64,000 nucleotides of DNA from a virus, in IMG/VR virus record IMGVR_UViG_3300045988_169095, one strand, 5' to 3'. The notes beneath the pieces are model-generated. The model was not told the origin of the DNA. It ran no database searches and saw nothing but the letters and a program-made list of their open reading frames with translations. Shown piece by piece: positions 39,942-49,042 of the stretch. A program made the translations under genes and the position numbers. The stretch's first letter is position 1. Every line of letters starts with the position of its first letter.

Positions 39942-41035
39942 TGTATAATATTGTAGTGGGTTGTACGTTTGGCGACGAGGGCAAGGGTCAAGTGACTCAT
40001 GCCCTTTGTTGCGACGCTAAAAGAAAGCGTTTAAAACCTCTGGTTGTTAGATTTTCTGGAGGGCATCAAGCAGGGCACACAGTAACTACTTCATTTGGAA
40101 CAATGCATATATTTTCTTGCTTTGGATCTGGAACATTTGCTGAAGCACCTACCTATTGGATGAAGCAATGTGTTATGGATCCACTACAATGGATGCGGGA
40201 ACGAGAGGAGTTGGATTTCTTAGGATGTAATATCCCTATCCAATATTTTGATCCATATGTACAAGTAACAACTCCTTTTGACGTAATGCTGAATTCTGAA
40301 AGGAGTAAAGGTTTTACAGTAGGAAAAGGGATATGGGAGACTGTTCAGAGACAAAGAGAAGGACTAGCTTTATATGTAAAAGATTTAGCTTTTCCTCAAG
40401 TTGTAAAAATGAAGCTCCGATTAATTAGAGAATGGGCGGAAGATAGACTCCAGTTTAAGGAAACTTATTCAAGATTTGCTTATGTTTTCGATAACTTAGA
40501 TTCTTTAGTACATACTTATTGTAAGATTTTTTATCCCAATATAGTATTGGAGGATACGTTATCTAAATTAGCATGGAAAGAAAAGACTTCTGTGATATTT
40601 GAGGGTTCTCAAGGAGTACTTTTGGACCCTAATATTGGATTTTCACATGAATATACTACCCCACTTCCATGTTGTCCATCGTGGGACAATCTCCCATTCT
40701 TTTTAAGTGATGATCAACTAATATTTAATTTTGTATATAGATCTTATTTAACAAGACATGGTAAAGGGCCTGTTGGAGGTTCTATATTCAAGGAGATTAA
40801 TAATCCTTATGAAACAAATTTAAATAACCCTTTTCAAGGGGAATTTCAAACTTATGAATTCAATAAGGAATTAGTCTTGTATGGAATTGATCATGTTAAA
40901 TCACACTTTAATCCTGAATATAAGGTAAGGTTGATTGAAACATGTTGTGACATATGTGCAGGACATGACTTAGGAATCCCTTATAATTACTCTATCAAAA
41001 CCTGCAAAAAGAATTTTGACTCTGTATGCAAATAA
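39941..41035 (+). CDS. Adenylosuccinate-synthetase-family protein, truncated (364 aa, PurA/PurZ-like).
   Basis: P-loop GDEGKGQ and GGHQAGHT motifs characteristic of PurA. Confidence 0.5.
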   Translation: MYNIVVGCTFGDEGKGQVTHALCCDAKRKRLKPLVVRFSGGHQAGHTVTTSFGTMHIFSCFGSGTFAEAPTYWMKQCVMDPLQWMREREELDFLGCNIPIQYFDPYVQVTTPFDVMLNSERSKGFTVGKGIWETVQRQREGLALYVKDLAFPQVVKMKLRLIREWAEDRLQFKETYSRFAYVFDNLDSLVHTYCKIFYPNIVLEDTLSKLAWKEKTSVIFEGSQGVLLDPNIGFSHEYTTPLPCCPSWDNLPFFLSDDQLIFNFVYRSYLTRHGKGPVGGSIFKEINNPYETNLNNPFQGEFQTYEFNKELVLYGIDHVKSHFNPEYKVRLIETCCDICAGHDLGIPYNYSIKTCKKNFDSVCK

Positions 41036-41832
41036 TTAACTTTTTATACCCAGAAAAGTCAGAAATAAAGTATCGAATTGATACTTATCCTGATTCCCAA
41101 TCCCATCTTGTACTTGAGTCTGAAATGGATAGACGAAAGTCTCTGTTGATCTATACTAGATTATCCAATTTGAATGATATTTGGATTCTAATGCAATTAG
41201 TGGATATTTGTCATCGTCAAGGTATCCAGATTTCCTGTCTACAAATAGCTTATTTGTTTGCAGCGCGAACTGATAGATTATTTTCTTTTAATGAGGCATT
41301 AGATTTGGAGCTTGTTAAAAAATGTCTTATCTTTGTACAAGCACAGCGAATTCTAGTACTGGATCCTCATTCTAAGCGTTTGATTACAGAAGGGGTAATT
41401 GATAATGACTGGCCTGCATTCTTTGCTTTAGAAGCAAGTTCTAATATTCCAGAGAATGTTTTATTCCCTGACGAAGGTGCCTATCATCGTTACAGTGAGC
41501 TTTTTGACTCTGATACGACATACTATGCTACAAAGCATAGGATTTCAAGAGATAAGCTAGAGGTAAAATTACCTTCTAGAATAAAGCAAAATACTTCTAT
41601 TCTAGTTTTTGATGATTTATGTGATGGTGGGGGAACTTTCTTTGCAATTCATAAAGCATTACAAGACATGGGAGTAACTGATATGCATTTACGTGTCATA
41701 CATGCTATCCAAAAAGAACCTTTAGTAAAGTTATCAAAACTTTACAAAACAATAACAATTACCAATTCTTATAAGGATTGGGATAAAGAAGAACTTCCAA
41801 ACAATATAAAAGTAATAAAAGTTTATGAATAA
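41026..41832 (+). CDS. Ribose-phosphate pyrophosphokinase (Prs)-like protein. Candidate ADP-ribose pyrophosphokinase (Adps-like).
   Basis: AARTDR resembles Prs RQDR. The PRPP-binding loop reads ILVFDDLCDGGGT. Confidence 0.5.
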   Translation: MQIINFLYPEKSEIKYRIDTYPDSQSHLVLESEMDRRKSLLIYTRLSNLNDIWILMQLVDICHRQGIQISCLQIAYLFAARTDRLFSFNEALDLELVKKCLIFVQAQRILVLDPHSKRLITEGVIDNDWPAFFALEASSNIPENVLFPDEGAYHRYSELFDSDTTYYATKHRISRDKLEVKLPSRIKQNTSILVFDDLCDGGGTFFAIHKALQDMGVTDMHLRVIHAIQKEPLVKLSKLYKTITITNSYKDWDKEELPNNIKVIKVYE

Positions 41833-42175
41833 ATTTAATGAAATTCTGAGTGCTACTGGAACTGCGGTACTCAAGAAACGTGCTGAAATTATCAATGCTG
41901 ATGCCCGCGAAGCAGCTAAGGATCAGGTTAATCTTATTGAGAAAGAGATTCGTCAGATTAAGTCCAAGATTATGAATCTGGAGGATCTGTCGATTAAATC
42001 GACCGAATCACTGGTTGTAGGTACGGATTTTAAGGCAGATGAGTGGGTAACTCAGATGTTCAAGCTTCGTGATGACTTGCGCAACGCTGAAATCTGTCTG
42101 GAAATTGCTCAGAATATTTATAATGAGTATTTCACAGAACTTCCTGAAGTAAGCTGCGATAAGAAAGCAGAGTAA
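41825..42175 (+). CDS. Small coiled-coil protein.
   Basis: 116-aa ORF. Confidence 0.4.
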   Translation: MNKFNEILSATGTAVLKKRAEIINADAREAAKDQVNLIEKEIRQIKSKIMNLEDLSIKSTESLVVGTDFKADEWVTQMFKLRDDLRNAEICLEIAQNIYNEYFTELPEVSCDKKAE

Positions 42176-42185
42176 CTTCATAGGC

Positions 42186-42205
42186 GGATTTACTCCGCCT
42201 TTTGA
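42186..42205 (+). terminator. Rho-independent terminator.
   Basis: Stem GGCGGA..TCCGCC followed by TTTT. Confidence 0.5.
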
Positions 42206-42279
42206 GGGCCTTTAGCTCAATTGAATAGAGCATCTGACTACGGATCAGAAGGTTACAGGTTTGAGTCCTGTAGGGCCCA
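42206..42279 (+). tRNA. tRNA-Arg(ACG).
   Basis: Acceptor GGGCCTT/AGGGCCC. Anticodon stem TCTGA/TCAGA with loop CTACGGA. Confidence 0.55.
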
Positions 42280-42475
42280 CATATGAAAACTGTTTTATAT
42301 AGAATACAATCAATTGAAGCTCCAGAAAATGAAGGGTTTCGGTATGGCTCATTAAGAACACTATCTAAGACAAAAGTAGATGAAGAAATGTGCTTAAGGA
42401 ATGAGTTTGGAAGTCATTATCTAATTAATGTTCCAGATTATTGAATTTGTGAGATTTTAAAAGAAATAGAAGAAG

Positions 42476-43537
42476 ATGATGTATAGTTTAGATGAAATAG
42501 GTATTTTACCTAGTTCAAAAGCCACGGATATTACAAGTCGTAGTGAGTGTAGTCCTTTAGGAGACTTAGGAACATATCCTATTTTTGTTTCTCCTATGAC
42601 ATCCGTTATTGATGAATCAAATTATCAACTTTTTACAAAGGCTGATGTGCTTCCAATTATTCCAAGACGTGTAGATAATTTACAGTTTAGACTTAATGCA
42701 TGTAACCATGTTTGGTGTGCATTTAGTTTAAAGGAATTTGAAACATTCTTTTGTGAAGGAGAACCTTCTGATGAGTGTCCTCTGGTACTTATTGATATGG
42801 CTAATGGCCACATGAAGAAAATTTATGACCTGGTTAAGAAGGCTAAGGAAAAGTGGAGCACGATTATTATCATGGTAGGTAATATAGCTCATCCAGATCT
42901 TTATTGGGAATGCTATGATGCAGGGGTGGACTATGTTCGTGTAGGTATTGGAACTGGCAGTGTATGTACTACAGGAGTAAAAACTGGAGTACATGCTTCT
43001 ATGGAATGGCTATTGCAACAATTAGTTAAGCGTCGATCCATGATTAAAGAGTCTCCTAAACCTAAAAAGGCTCCAAAGATTATCGCAGATGGAGGAATTT
43101 CTACAATAGATCGAGCTATAAAGTGTTTAGCTTTGGGCGCCGATTATGTAATGATGGGTAAAATGTTTGCTCAATGTAACGAAGCTTGTGGGTATGTTAG
43201 AACAAAGTGGCCAGATGATAATGATACTATACTTAAATATTTTGCATCTTTAACTAAAGCAGAAAGTGATCGAATCATTGAAGTGTATCCTAAAGAGCGA
43301 TTATACTACGGAATGGCAAGTGAACGTGGTCAAAAGGATATTTCAAACACTAAAAAGGCCGAAGAAGGAATTGAAATTTGGGTTCCTGTTGAATATACTC
43401 TTGAATCTTTACTTTCTCAATTTGATTCTGCATTAAGGTCTGCTATGTCTTATACAGGATGTAGGACTCTTGAAGAATTCAAAAATGTAAAATGGGAGTA
43501 TATGTCTCCCTCTGAAAGAAATGCTTATTACAAATAA
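42476..43537 (+). CDS. GMP reductase/IMP dehydrogenase-family TIM-barrel protein.
   Basis: Catalytic Cys loop GIGTGSVCTT and GGISTIDRAIKCLALGADYVMMG. Confidence 0.55.
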   Translation: MMYSLDEIGILPSSKATDITSRSECSPLGDLGTYPIFVSPMTSVIDESNYQLFTKADVLPIIPRRVDNLQFRLNACNHVWCAFSLKEFETFFCEGEPSDECPLVLIDMANGHMKKIYDLVKKAKEKWSTIIIMVGNIAHPDLYWECYDAGVDYVRVGIGTGSVCTTGVKTGVHASMEWLLQQLVKRRSMIKESPKPKKAPKIIADGGISTIDRAIKCLALGADYVMMGKMFAQCNEACGYVRTKWPDDNDTILKYFASLTKAESDRIIEVYPKERLYYGMASERGQKDISNTKKAEEGIEIWVPVEYTLESLLSQFDSALRSAMSYTGCRTLEEFKNVKWEYMSPSERNAYYK

Positions 43538-43715
43538 AATGAATAATCTTGATTTATACACAGTAATAGTTTTTGGAATCTTTGTTTTATGTTTATTATT
43601 AGGACTTGGATTTGCATTAACTATGTGGTCTGCTCCTTGGGGAATATTCTACTTCGGAGGAATGATCGTGCTTACTATTTATTATCTTAATATATTAAAA
43701 GATAGGATAGAGTAA
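43521..43715 (+). CDS. Small membrane protein.
   Basis: 64 aa with two TM helices. Confidence 0.35.
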   Translation: MLITNKMNNLDLYTVIVFGIFVLCLLLGLGFALTMWSAPWGIFYFGGMIVLTIYYLNILKDRIE

Positions 43716-43736
43716 GGGAATGTAAATTCCCTATAA

Positions 43737-43810
43737 GTCCCTGTAGTTCAGTTGCATAGAACATCTCACTTCTAATGAGAAAGTCGCAGGTTGGAGCCCT
43801 GCCAGGGATA
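43737..43810 (+). tRNA. tRNA-Arg(TCT).
   Basis: Acceptor GTCCCTG/CAGGGAT with G1.U72. Anticodon stem TCTCA/TGAGA with loop CTTCTAA. Confidence 0.5.
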
Positions 43811-43825
43811 CAACGCTTAAGATTA

Positions 43826-43850
43826 ACATATATATATATATATATATATA
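43826..43850. repeat. (TA)n dinucleotide microsatellite, about 12 units.
   Basis: A run of ATATATAT. Confidence 0.7.
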
Positions 43851-43916
43851 TTTAGATATGAATTTTATAGGTTATGTTATAATATTTAACTAATTTTTAG
43901 AATGAATTCAAAATGA

Positions 43917-44543
43917 TTGTTAGAAAAAGAAAAATTAGAACAATTAATTTTAATTGATAAACTAAGTTACGAAGAGATAGGGAAAAAATATAATTGCTCT
44001 GGTAGTAATATTAAAAAAGTTGCTTCAAAAATAGGAATTACGTTACCAAAGAGACGTAAATTAAATCCTAATGAAACATTTAATAAAGGAGTGCATAAAG
44101 TAATTGTTTCTAATATTAATATCCCTAAACCTATACAAAAAGTTGGCACTAAAACTTATTGTCTTAACTGTGGACATGAATTAGATGGATATGCCAAAAA
44201 ATATTGCTCTAGTAAATGTCAAATAGAGTATAAACATAAATTAGCATATAAAAAATTTTTAGAAGGAGATCTTTCTATTATGAGAGCTAATTATAACCCT
44301 AGAGTATTTAAGAAAGATATTATAAAAGAACAAAACAATAAGTGTGCTATCTGTGGTTTAGAACCTGAGTGAAATAATAAGGAGCTTGTTTTTATTTTAG
44401 ATCATATTGACGGACATGCTGCAAACAATAAACGAGATAATTTAAGGTGTATATGTCCTAATTGTGATTCACAATTAGATACTTATAAATCTAAGAATAA
44501 AAATGGAGATAGGCATTATTACAGATACCATAAAAATAAATAG
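43917..44543 (+). CDS. HNH endonuclease with N-terminal HTH and zinc ribbon. 1 in-frame TGA=Trp codon. Start uncertain (TTG at 43917).
   Basis: Track ORF 43917-44372 continues in frame through the TGA into the HNH core LDHIDGH..NNKRDNLRCICPNC. Confidence 0.45.
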
Positions 44544-44552
44544 TTTATCCTA

Positions 44553-44600
44553 AACTGGCGGCTGAATAGCCATTGTGGGTTCGAGTCCCACCCTCCGTAC
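44553..44600 (+). other. tRNA 3'-half-like fragment (T-arm GTGGG-TTCGAGT-CCCAC plus CCTCCGT) with no matching 5' half nearby.
   Basis: Canonical T-arm only. No complementary acceptor strand within about 150 nt on either side. Confidence 0.3.
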
Positions 44601-44615
44601 TAATAACATTATAAT

Positions 44616-44990
44616 ATGGCATGGATATATAGAGATAAAAATGGAGACTTAATGTTCTCCAAAATAAAACCTAAAAAAGTTTATATTTTCAGATTTAAAA
44701 ATTATGAAATTCATAAAGAATCAGAAAGTACATGGTCTCCGTTTCTGGACTACAACTATATTATAACAGTTAGGATACCTGAAAGTTATTTTGAATCTCC
44801 TGGTTATTATGAAGTGAATGATTATGGAGATGATAATGTTCTCAGAAAGGTTTATAAAAATGAATGTGTTTTTGAAGGAGATTATTCTATGGGTTTCCCT
44901 ATAACATTTAAATCTGAAACAATTACTGCTTTAAAGCCTATTGTTGATTTAGAAAATCTTACTATAGAAGATGGATTAATTGAAATATAA
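44616..44990 (+). CDS. Hypothetical protein.
   Basis: 124-aa ORF. Confidence 0.4.
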   Translation: MAWIYRDKNGDLMFSKIKPKKVYIFRFKNYEIHKESESTWSPFLDYNYIITVRIPESYFESPGYYEVNDYGDDNVLRKVYKNECVFEGDYSMGFPITFKSETITALKPIVDLENLTIEDGLIEI

Positions 44991-45253
44991 TGAAAGAGAT
45001 TAAAATTAACAATAACATTGAAGAAGATCATGTTCCTTTATATAATCCTGAAGGTAAGTTAGTTGGAATTATAGAAAATGAACTAGCTTTTAATGATGTT
45101 CGTATTCAAATCATGGAAAACAAACTAAGAGGGTACTATATTGTATATAAAGGTCAGGTATGTCGAATAGATATTCATGGAGAATTAGATATTTGGCCTA
45201 ATGACTTATATAGAACAAATGTAGACCAACTATCAAAATTATTATGCTTTTAG
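44990..45253 (+). CDS. Hypothetical protein.
   Basis: 87-aa ORF. Confidence 0.4.
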   Translation: MKEIKINNNIEEDHVPLYNPEGKLVGIIENELAFNDVRIQIMENKLRGYYIVYKGQVCRIDIHGELDIWPNDLYRTNVDQLSKLLCF

Positions 45254-45254
45254 T

Positions 45255-45443
45255 ATGAAACAAATAAAAACATACTGTCCAAATTGTGGTAGGGAAACTA
45301 TTCATGTTATTTATACAGAAGATGGATATGGGGCTTCTGGTGTAGCAAGAATTTTTTCAAGTTTACTTTCCCTTGGAACGTCTAATTTAGCTTGTACTAC
45401 ATATAGTAAGTGTATTAGTTGTGGAAAGACTAAAGAATTATAA
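45255..45443 (+). CDS. Small zinc-ribbon protein.
   Basis: CPNCG..CISCG. Confidence 0.35.
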   Translation: MKQIKTYCPNCGRETIHVIYTEDGYGASGVARIFSSLLSLGTSNLACTTYSKCISCGKTKEL

Positions 45444-45708
45444 AATGATTAATGACCAAATTAAAAAGTTAGCTAATAAAAAGATTCCATTATATAATAA
45501 CTCTTCTAGTTTATATGATATTTTGGATTGGCTGCGGGAGAAAAAATTCCTACATGTAGAGATACAATGGTATCCTCATGGTTGGATGTTTGTTATTTAT
45601 AAAATTGATTCTCAAGAGGATGAACCATATGATACTTTCTCTGAAGTATATACTAGTTATCTAGATTGTTTAGAAGCTGGAATTATAAGAGCATTAAATC
45701 TTATATAA
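45421..45708 (+). CDS. Hypothetical protein of the ECLEAG-family (three paralogs in the window).
   Basis: C-terminal DCLEAGIIRALNLI. Confidence 0.4.
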   Translation: MERLKNYKMINDQIKKLANKKIPLYNNSSSLYDILDWLREKKFLHVEIQWYPHGWMFVIYKIDSQEDEPYDTFSEVYTSYLDCLEAGIIRALNLI

Positions 45709-45926
45709 TTATGAAAAATACAGGTTTACATGATATTCTGGATGAACTAAGAGATAAAGAGTCTTTACATGTAGAAATCGGATGGCATCCTAATGGATAT
45801 GCATACTCTATTTATAGAATTAATAGGCGAGATACAGAGCCGTGTTATGCTTCTTCTGAAAGATACTATAATTATCGGGAATGCTTAGGAGCGGCAATTG
45901 TAAAAGCAATGAACTTAGCGGATTAA
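45666..45926 (+). CDS. Hypothetical protein of the ECLEAG-family.
   Basis: C-terminal ECLGAAIVKAMNLA. Confidence 0.4.
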   Translation: MFRSWNYKSIKSYIIMKNTGLHDILDELRDKESLHVEIGWHPNGYAYSIYRINRRDTEPCYASSERYYNYRECLGAAIVKAMNLAD

Positions 45927-45931
45927 TAAAA

Positions 45932-46339
45932 ATGAAAACACTTCTTTGGGTAGATGATGCTCGTAATCCAATGGAAGATGATTGGATGAATTTTAGTCCA
46001 ATTGGGAGGAATTGTAAAGTAATATGGGCTCAATCTTACCAAGAAGCGATTGATTTTCTTGAGAAAGAATGGCCTGATGCAATTTGTCTAGATCATGATT
46101 TAGGGGAAGAGAAATCTGGATATGATATAGCTAAGTATATTGTGGATAAATGTATAGATGAAGGATATATTCTTCCACAATTTGCAAGTCAATCTGCAAA
46201 TCCTGTTGGTAGAGAGAATATTCTTTGTTTATTAAAAAACTACAGTAAACAAAGGCTTATAGAACATGTACAAAAGGTTCGTCAATATCAACGTGATTGG
46301 TTAACTGCAGTTCAGAATGGAGAAGACTTGCCAAAGTGA
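45932..46339 (+). CDS. Orphan receiver (REC/CheY-like) domain protein.
   Basis: LLWVDD followed by acidic residues. ATG at 45932. Confidence 0.4.
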   Translation: MKTLLWVDDARNPMEDDWMNFSPIGRNCKVIWAQSYQEAIDFLEKEWPDAICLDHDLGEEKSGYDIAKYIVDKCIDEGYILPQFASQSANPVGRENILCLLKNYSKQRLIEHVQKVRQYQRDWLTAVQNGEDLPK

Positions 46340-46961
46340 AAATAGAACATTTTACCATATAACTTTAAGAAGTAATCTTGAAAGCATATTAAATAAAGGG
46401 TTTATTCCCGATATTAGTATTAAATGTCAAAAATGTTATAATGACAATCCAGCTGAAAAGTTAGTTTATATGACTGATTTGGAAAGTGTAAAGGTGTGAG
46501 GAATGCTCTATATAGAGAAAATGATGATTGTATTATTTTTGAAGTTAATTGTGCAGAACTTAAATTATTAAAACATGTAAATATATACATGGTCCAGAAA
46601 ATATAAAATTGACCAATTTATGACACAGTATATTTATATACATACAAACAAATTCTCTAGATGGTTTCTTTTAAGATATCTTAAAAAGAAAGGTTATACC
46701 TTTAGAAATAATATGACTCAGGAATATATTTTTATTCATCCTTATGGTAGATATGCTTTTTGTATGTGTGAAAAAGTAATAGCTTACGAACAAGTATGGG
46801 CTTGGATTGTATTTAATAGTATATTTAAATAATTTCAACAATGCTTTACTGTAATATATGTGGATCTCCTTTACGATATATAGGAGAAACTAAGGATGCT
46901 AGTGGAAATGTTATAAGCATCTATTCATGTCCAAAATGTAACAAGTTAGTTTATATTTAGT

Positions 46962-47342
46962 ATGTTCTTTCTTAATTTAGCTGTATTAATTTTTTGTGGA
47001 GCAGTTCTTGGATATGAGAGACAAAAAACTAACAAGGTAATTGGAATTCGTTCCGTTGTTCTACTGATGTTAGGATCTTTTATATTTACATATATCTCTA
47101 CAAGAATAGGTGGAGATCCTTCTAGAGTAGCTGCCCAGATAGCTTCTGGAGTTGGCTTTATTGGTGCTGGAATCATTTGGAAGGATAAATCTACCAATAT
47201 AGCTAACTTAACAACAGCAATTCTCATTTGGGTTATTGCAGCTTTAGGAAGCATGATTTCTATTGGATTACTTGCTGAAGCAGTAGTAATAACAGGAGTA
47301 ATTTACATTGTCCTTAGATTTAATTTTTTGAAGGACGTCTAA
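46962..47342 (+). CDS. MgtC/SapB-family membrane protein.
   Basis: GYERQ...DPSRVAAQIASGVGFIGAGII. Confidence 0.55.
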   Translation: MFFLNLAVLIFCGAVLGYERQKTNKVIGIRSVVLLMLGSFIFTYISTRIGGDPSRVAAQIASGVGFIGAGIIWKDKSTNIANLTTAILIWVIAALGSMISIGLLAEAVVITGVIYIVLRFNFLKDV

Positions 47343-47348
47343 AGGTTT

Positions 47349-47433
47349 GGAGAGTAATCCTTGATGGTGATAGGGCTTGCCTGCTAAGCAATGTGTGCCT
47401 TTCTGGTATGTGGTTCGATTCCACTGCTCTCCG
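47349..47433 (+). tRNA. tRNA-Ser(GCT), type II.
   Basis: Acceptor GGAGAGT/GCTCTCC. Anticodon loop CTGCTAA. Long variable arm. Confidence 0.5.
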
Positions 47434-47657
47434 CAAATAAACTAATATTAGAAGGGTATGGAATTTAAAGTAATCAGAATTATCTTTGATAATGGAACAG
47501 AACAGGTTTTTAATTTTCAACATGTAAGAGATTTCAGTTACAATGAGAAAAATAAATCTGCAGTTATAACTATAAAAGGAAACGGACCAAATTGGGATAC
47601 TCAGCTATTTGATAATATTACTGAATTATATATTTCGAATTTAGAGTAATTAAGGAT

Positions 47658-47740
47658 GCCCCTGTGGCGTAATTTGGTAGCCGCGCTAGACTTAGGATCT
47701 AGTGAGGAAACTCGTGCAGGTTCGAGTCCTGTCAGGGGTA
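47658..47740 (+). tRNA. tRNA-Leu(TAG), type II.
   Basis: Anticodon stem CTAGA/TCTAG with loop CTTAGGA. Long variable arm. Acceptor has G1.U72. Confidence 0.5.
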
Positions 47741-47769
47741 CTTAACAATGTTTAAAATTATTAATACCA

Positions 47770-48336
47770 ATGAATATTGAAAATTTTTCAACGATAAATC
47801 TTCCTGGTCTAGCAGACCTAGGAGATACTAAAAATTGGGCAAGTATTAAAGGGGATGATCCAGGGCCTAAAGGGCCTATAGGTTCTGTGGGATATTCAGC
47901 AACAGGTGTAGGCAGGGGAAATCTTACTTCTACTACCTCAACTGGAATCGGTACTAATAGTATCACTATAAGCTCTAGTAATCCGTATGCATATGGGCCA
48001 ATTAAAACAGAAAGACTTCCTATGAGTGAAGAACTTTATTTATATATAACTGGTGGTAAAAGTTGTATTTCTACAGCACCTCCTACTTGGAATAGTCAAG
48101 AGAACTGTCTTTGGCATGCAAAAGGTTCCCGAGTATTTTCAATAGAAGGTGATTATGGACTATCTCGTCTTATAAAATCTTATATTGGTTCTGAACTAGA
48201 TATAATTTACACATATCTTACTATAAATGGATTTAATGTTTATGCTACTATTTTAGGACCTTCTGGAGAACTATTTGTAGAAAAGGCACCTATTAAAGGT
48301 AAAGAAGATCTAATTCATAGGAGTCGAAAGAAATAA
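47770..48336 (+). CDS. Collagen-like or tail-fibre-like protein.
   Basis: Triplets GDDPGPKGPIGSVG and an S/T-rich region. Confidence 0.4.
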   Translation: MNIENFSTINLPGLADLGDTKNWASIKGDDPGPKGPIGSVGYSATGVGRGNLTSTTSTGIGTNSITISSSNPYAYGPIKTERLPMSEELYLYITGGKSCISTAPPTWNSQENCLWHAKGSRVFSIEGDYGLSRLIKSYIGSELDIIYTYLTINGFNVYATILGPSGELFVEKAPIKGKEDLIHRSRKK

Positions 48337-48347
48337 TAGAAAGAGTT

Positions 48348-48437
48348 GCGCCTGACCCGAGGCGGGGGGGAGGTCTTCAAAACCTCTATGCTGTTGGTCC
48401 ATCTTCAGCCCTGTGGGATCGTTACCTACCAGGCGTG
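48348..48437 (+). tRNA. Candidate opal suppressor tRNA-Sup(TCA). It reads UGA, probably as Trp given G73. It has a long variable arm and an atypical T-loop ATCGTTA.
   Basis: Perfect 5-6 bp anticodon stem GAGGT/ACCTC with the 7-nt loop CTTCAAA. Acceptor GCGCCTG/CAGGCGT with G1.U72. Discriminator G. Confidence 0.55.
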
Positions 48438-48453
48438 CAAATAAGAAGTAAAT

Positions 48454-49038
48454 ATGACTATTAAGGAACAATGTATACATTTACGGGAAGAAGGAAAAAC
48501 TTATAACGAAATTTGTACTATTCTACACTGTTCTAAAAGTACAGTTGCATATCATTTGAATACGACTACTAAGATAGCAGCTACAAAATGACAAAGCGAA
48601 AACAAATGTAAGGATTGAAAGTACAAATTTATGCATAGTTGTTCTAACTTTCTAAATCGAAGAGATAGATCTAAACATATCAGAACAATGTGTTCAGATT
48701 GAAATAAAAAGTTTAGAACTCACGTATCAGAGTTCAATAATAGATATAAAAACAAAGGAAATTTGGCTAATAAATGTTATTACAAGGATGTGTTAACATA
48801 TCTTAATGGAACTAATGTTAAATGTTATTTAACAGGTGCACCTATTGATTTGACAAAAGATGATTATTGTTTTGATCATATAGTTCCTGTATCAAAAGGA
48901 GGAACTAATGAATTATCAAATCTAGGAGTAACTATTCCCTCAGTTAATTATTCTAAACATGATTTAACTATAGAGGAATATTTGTCTTTATGTAAACAGG
49001 TTTTAGAACACCATGGGTATACTGTAAGTAAAACTTAA
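48454..49038 (+). CDS. HNH endonuclease with an N-terminal HTH and 3 in-frame TGA=Trp codons. Paralog of the gene at 29687-30256.
   Basis: The N-terminal segment with TGAs joins in frame to the track ORF at 48763-49038, which carries the HNH core. Confidence 0.5.
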
Positions 49039-49042
49039 AAAT

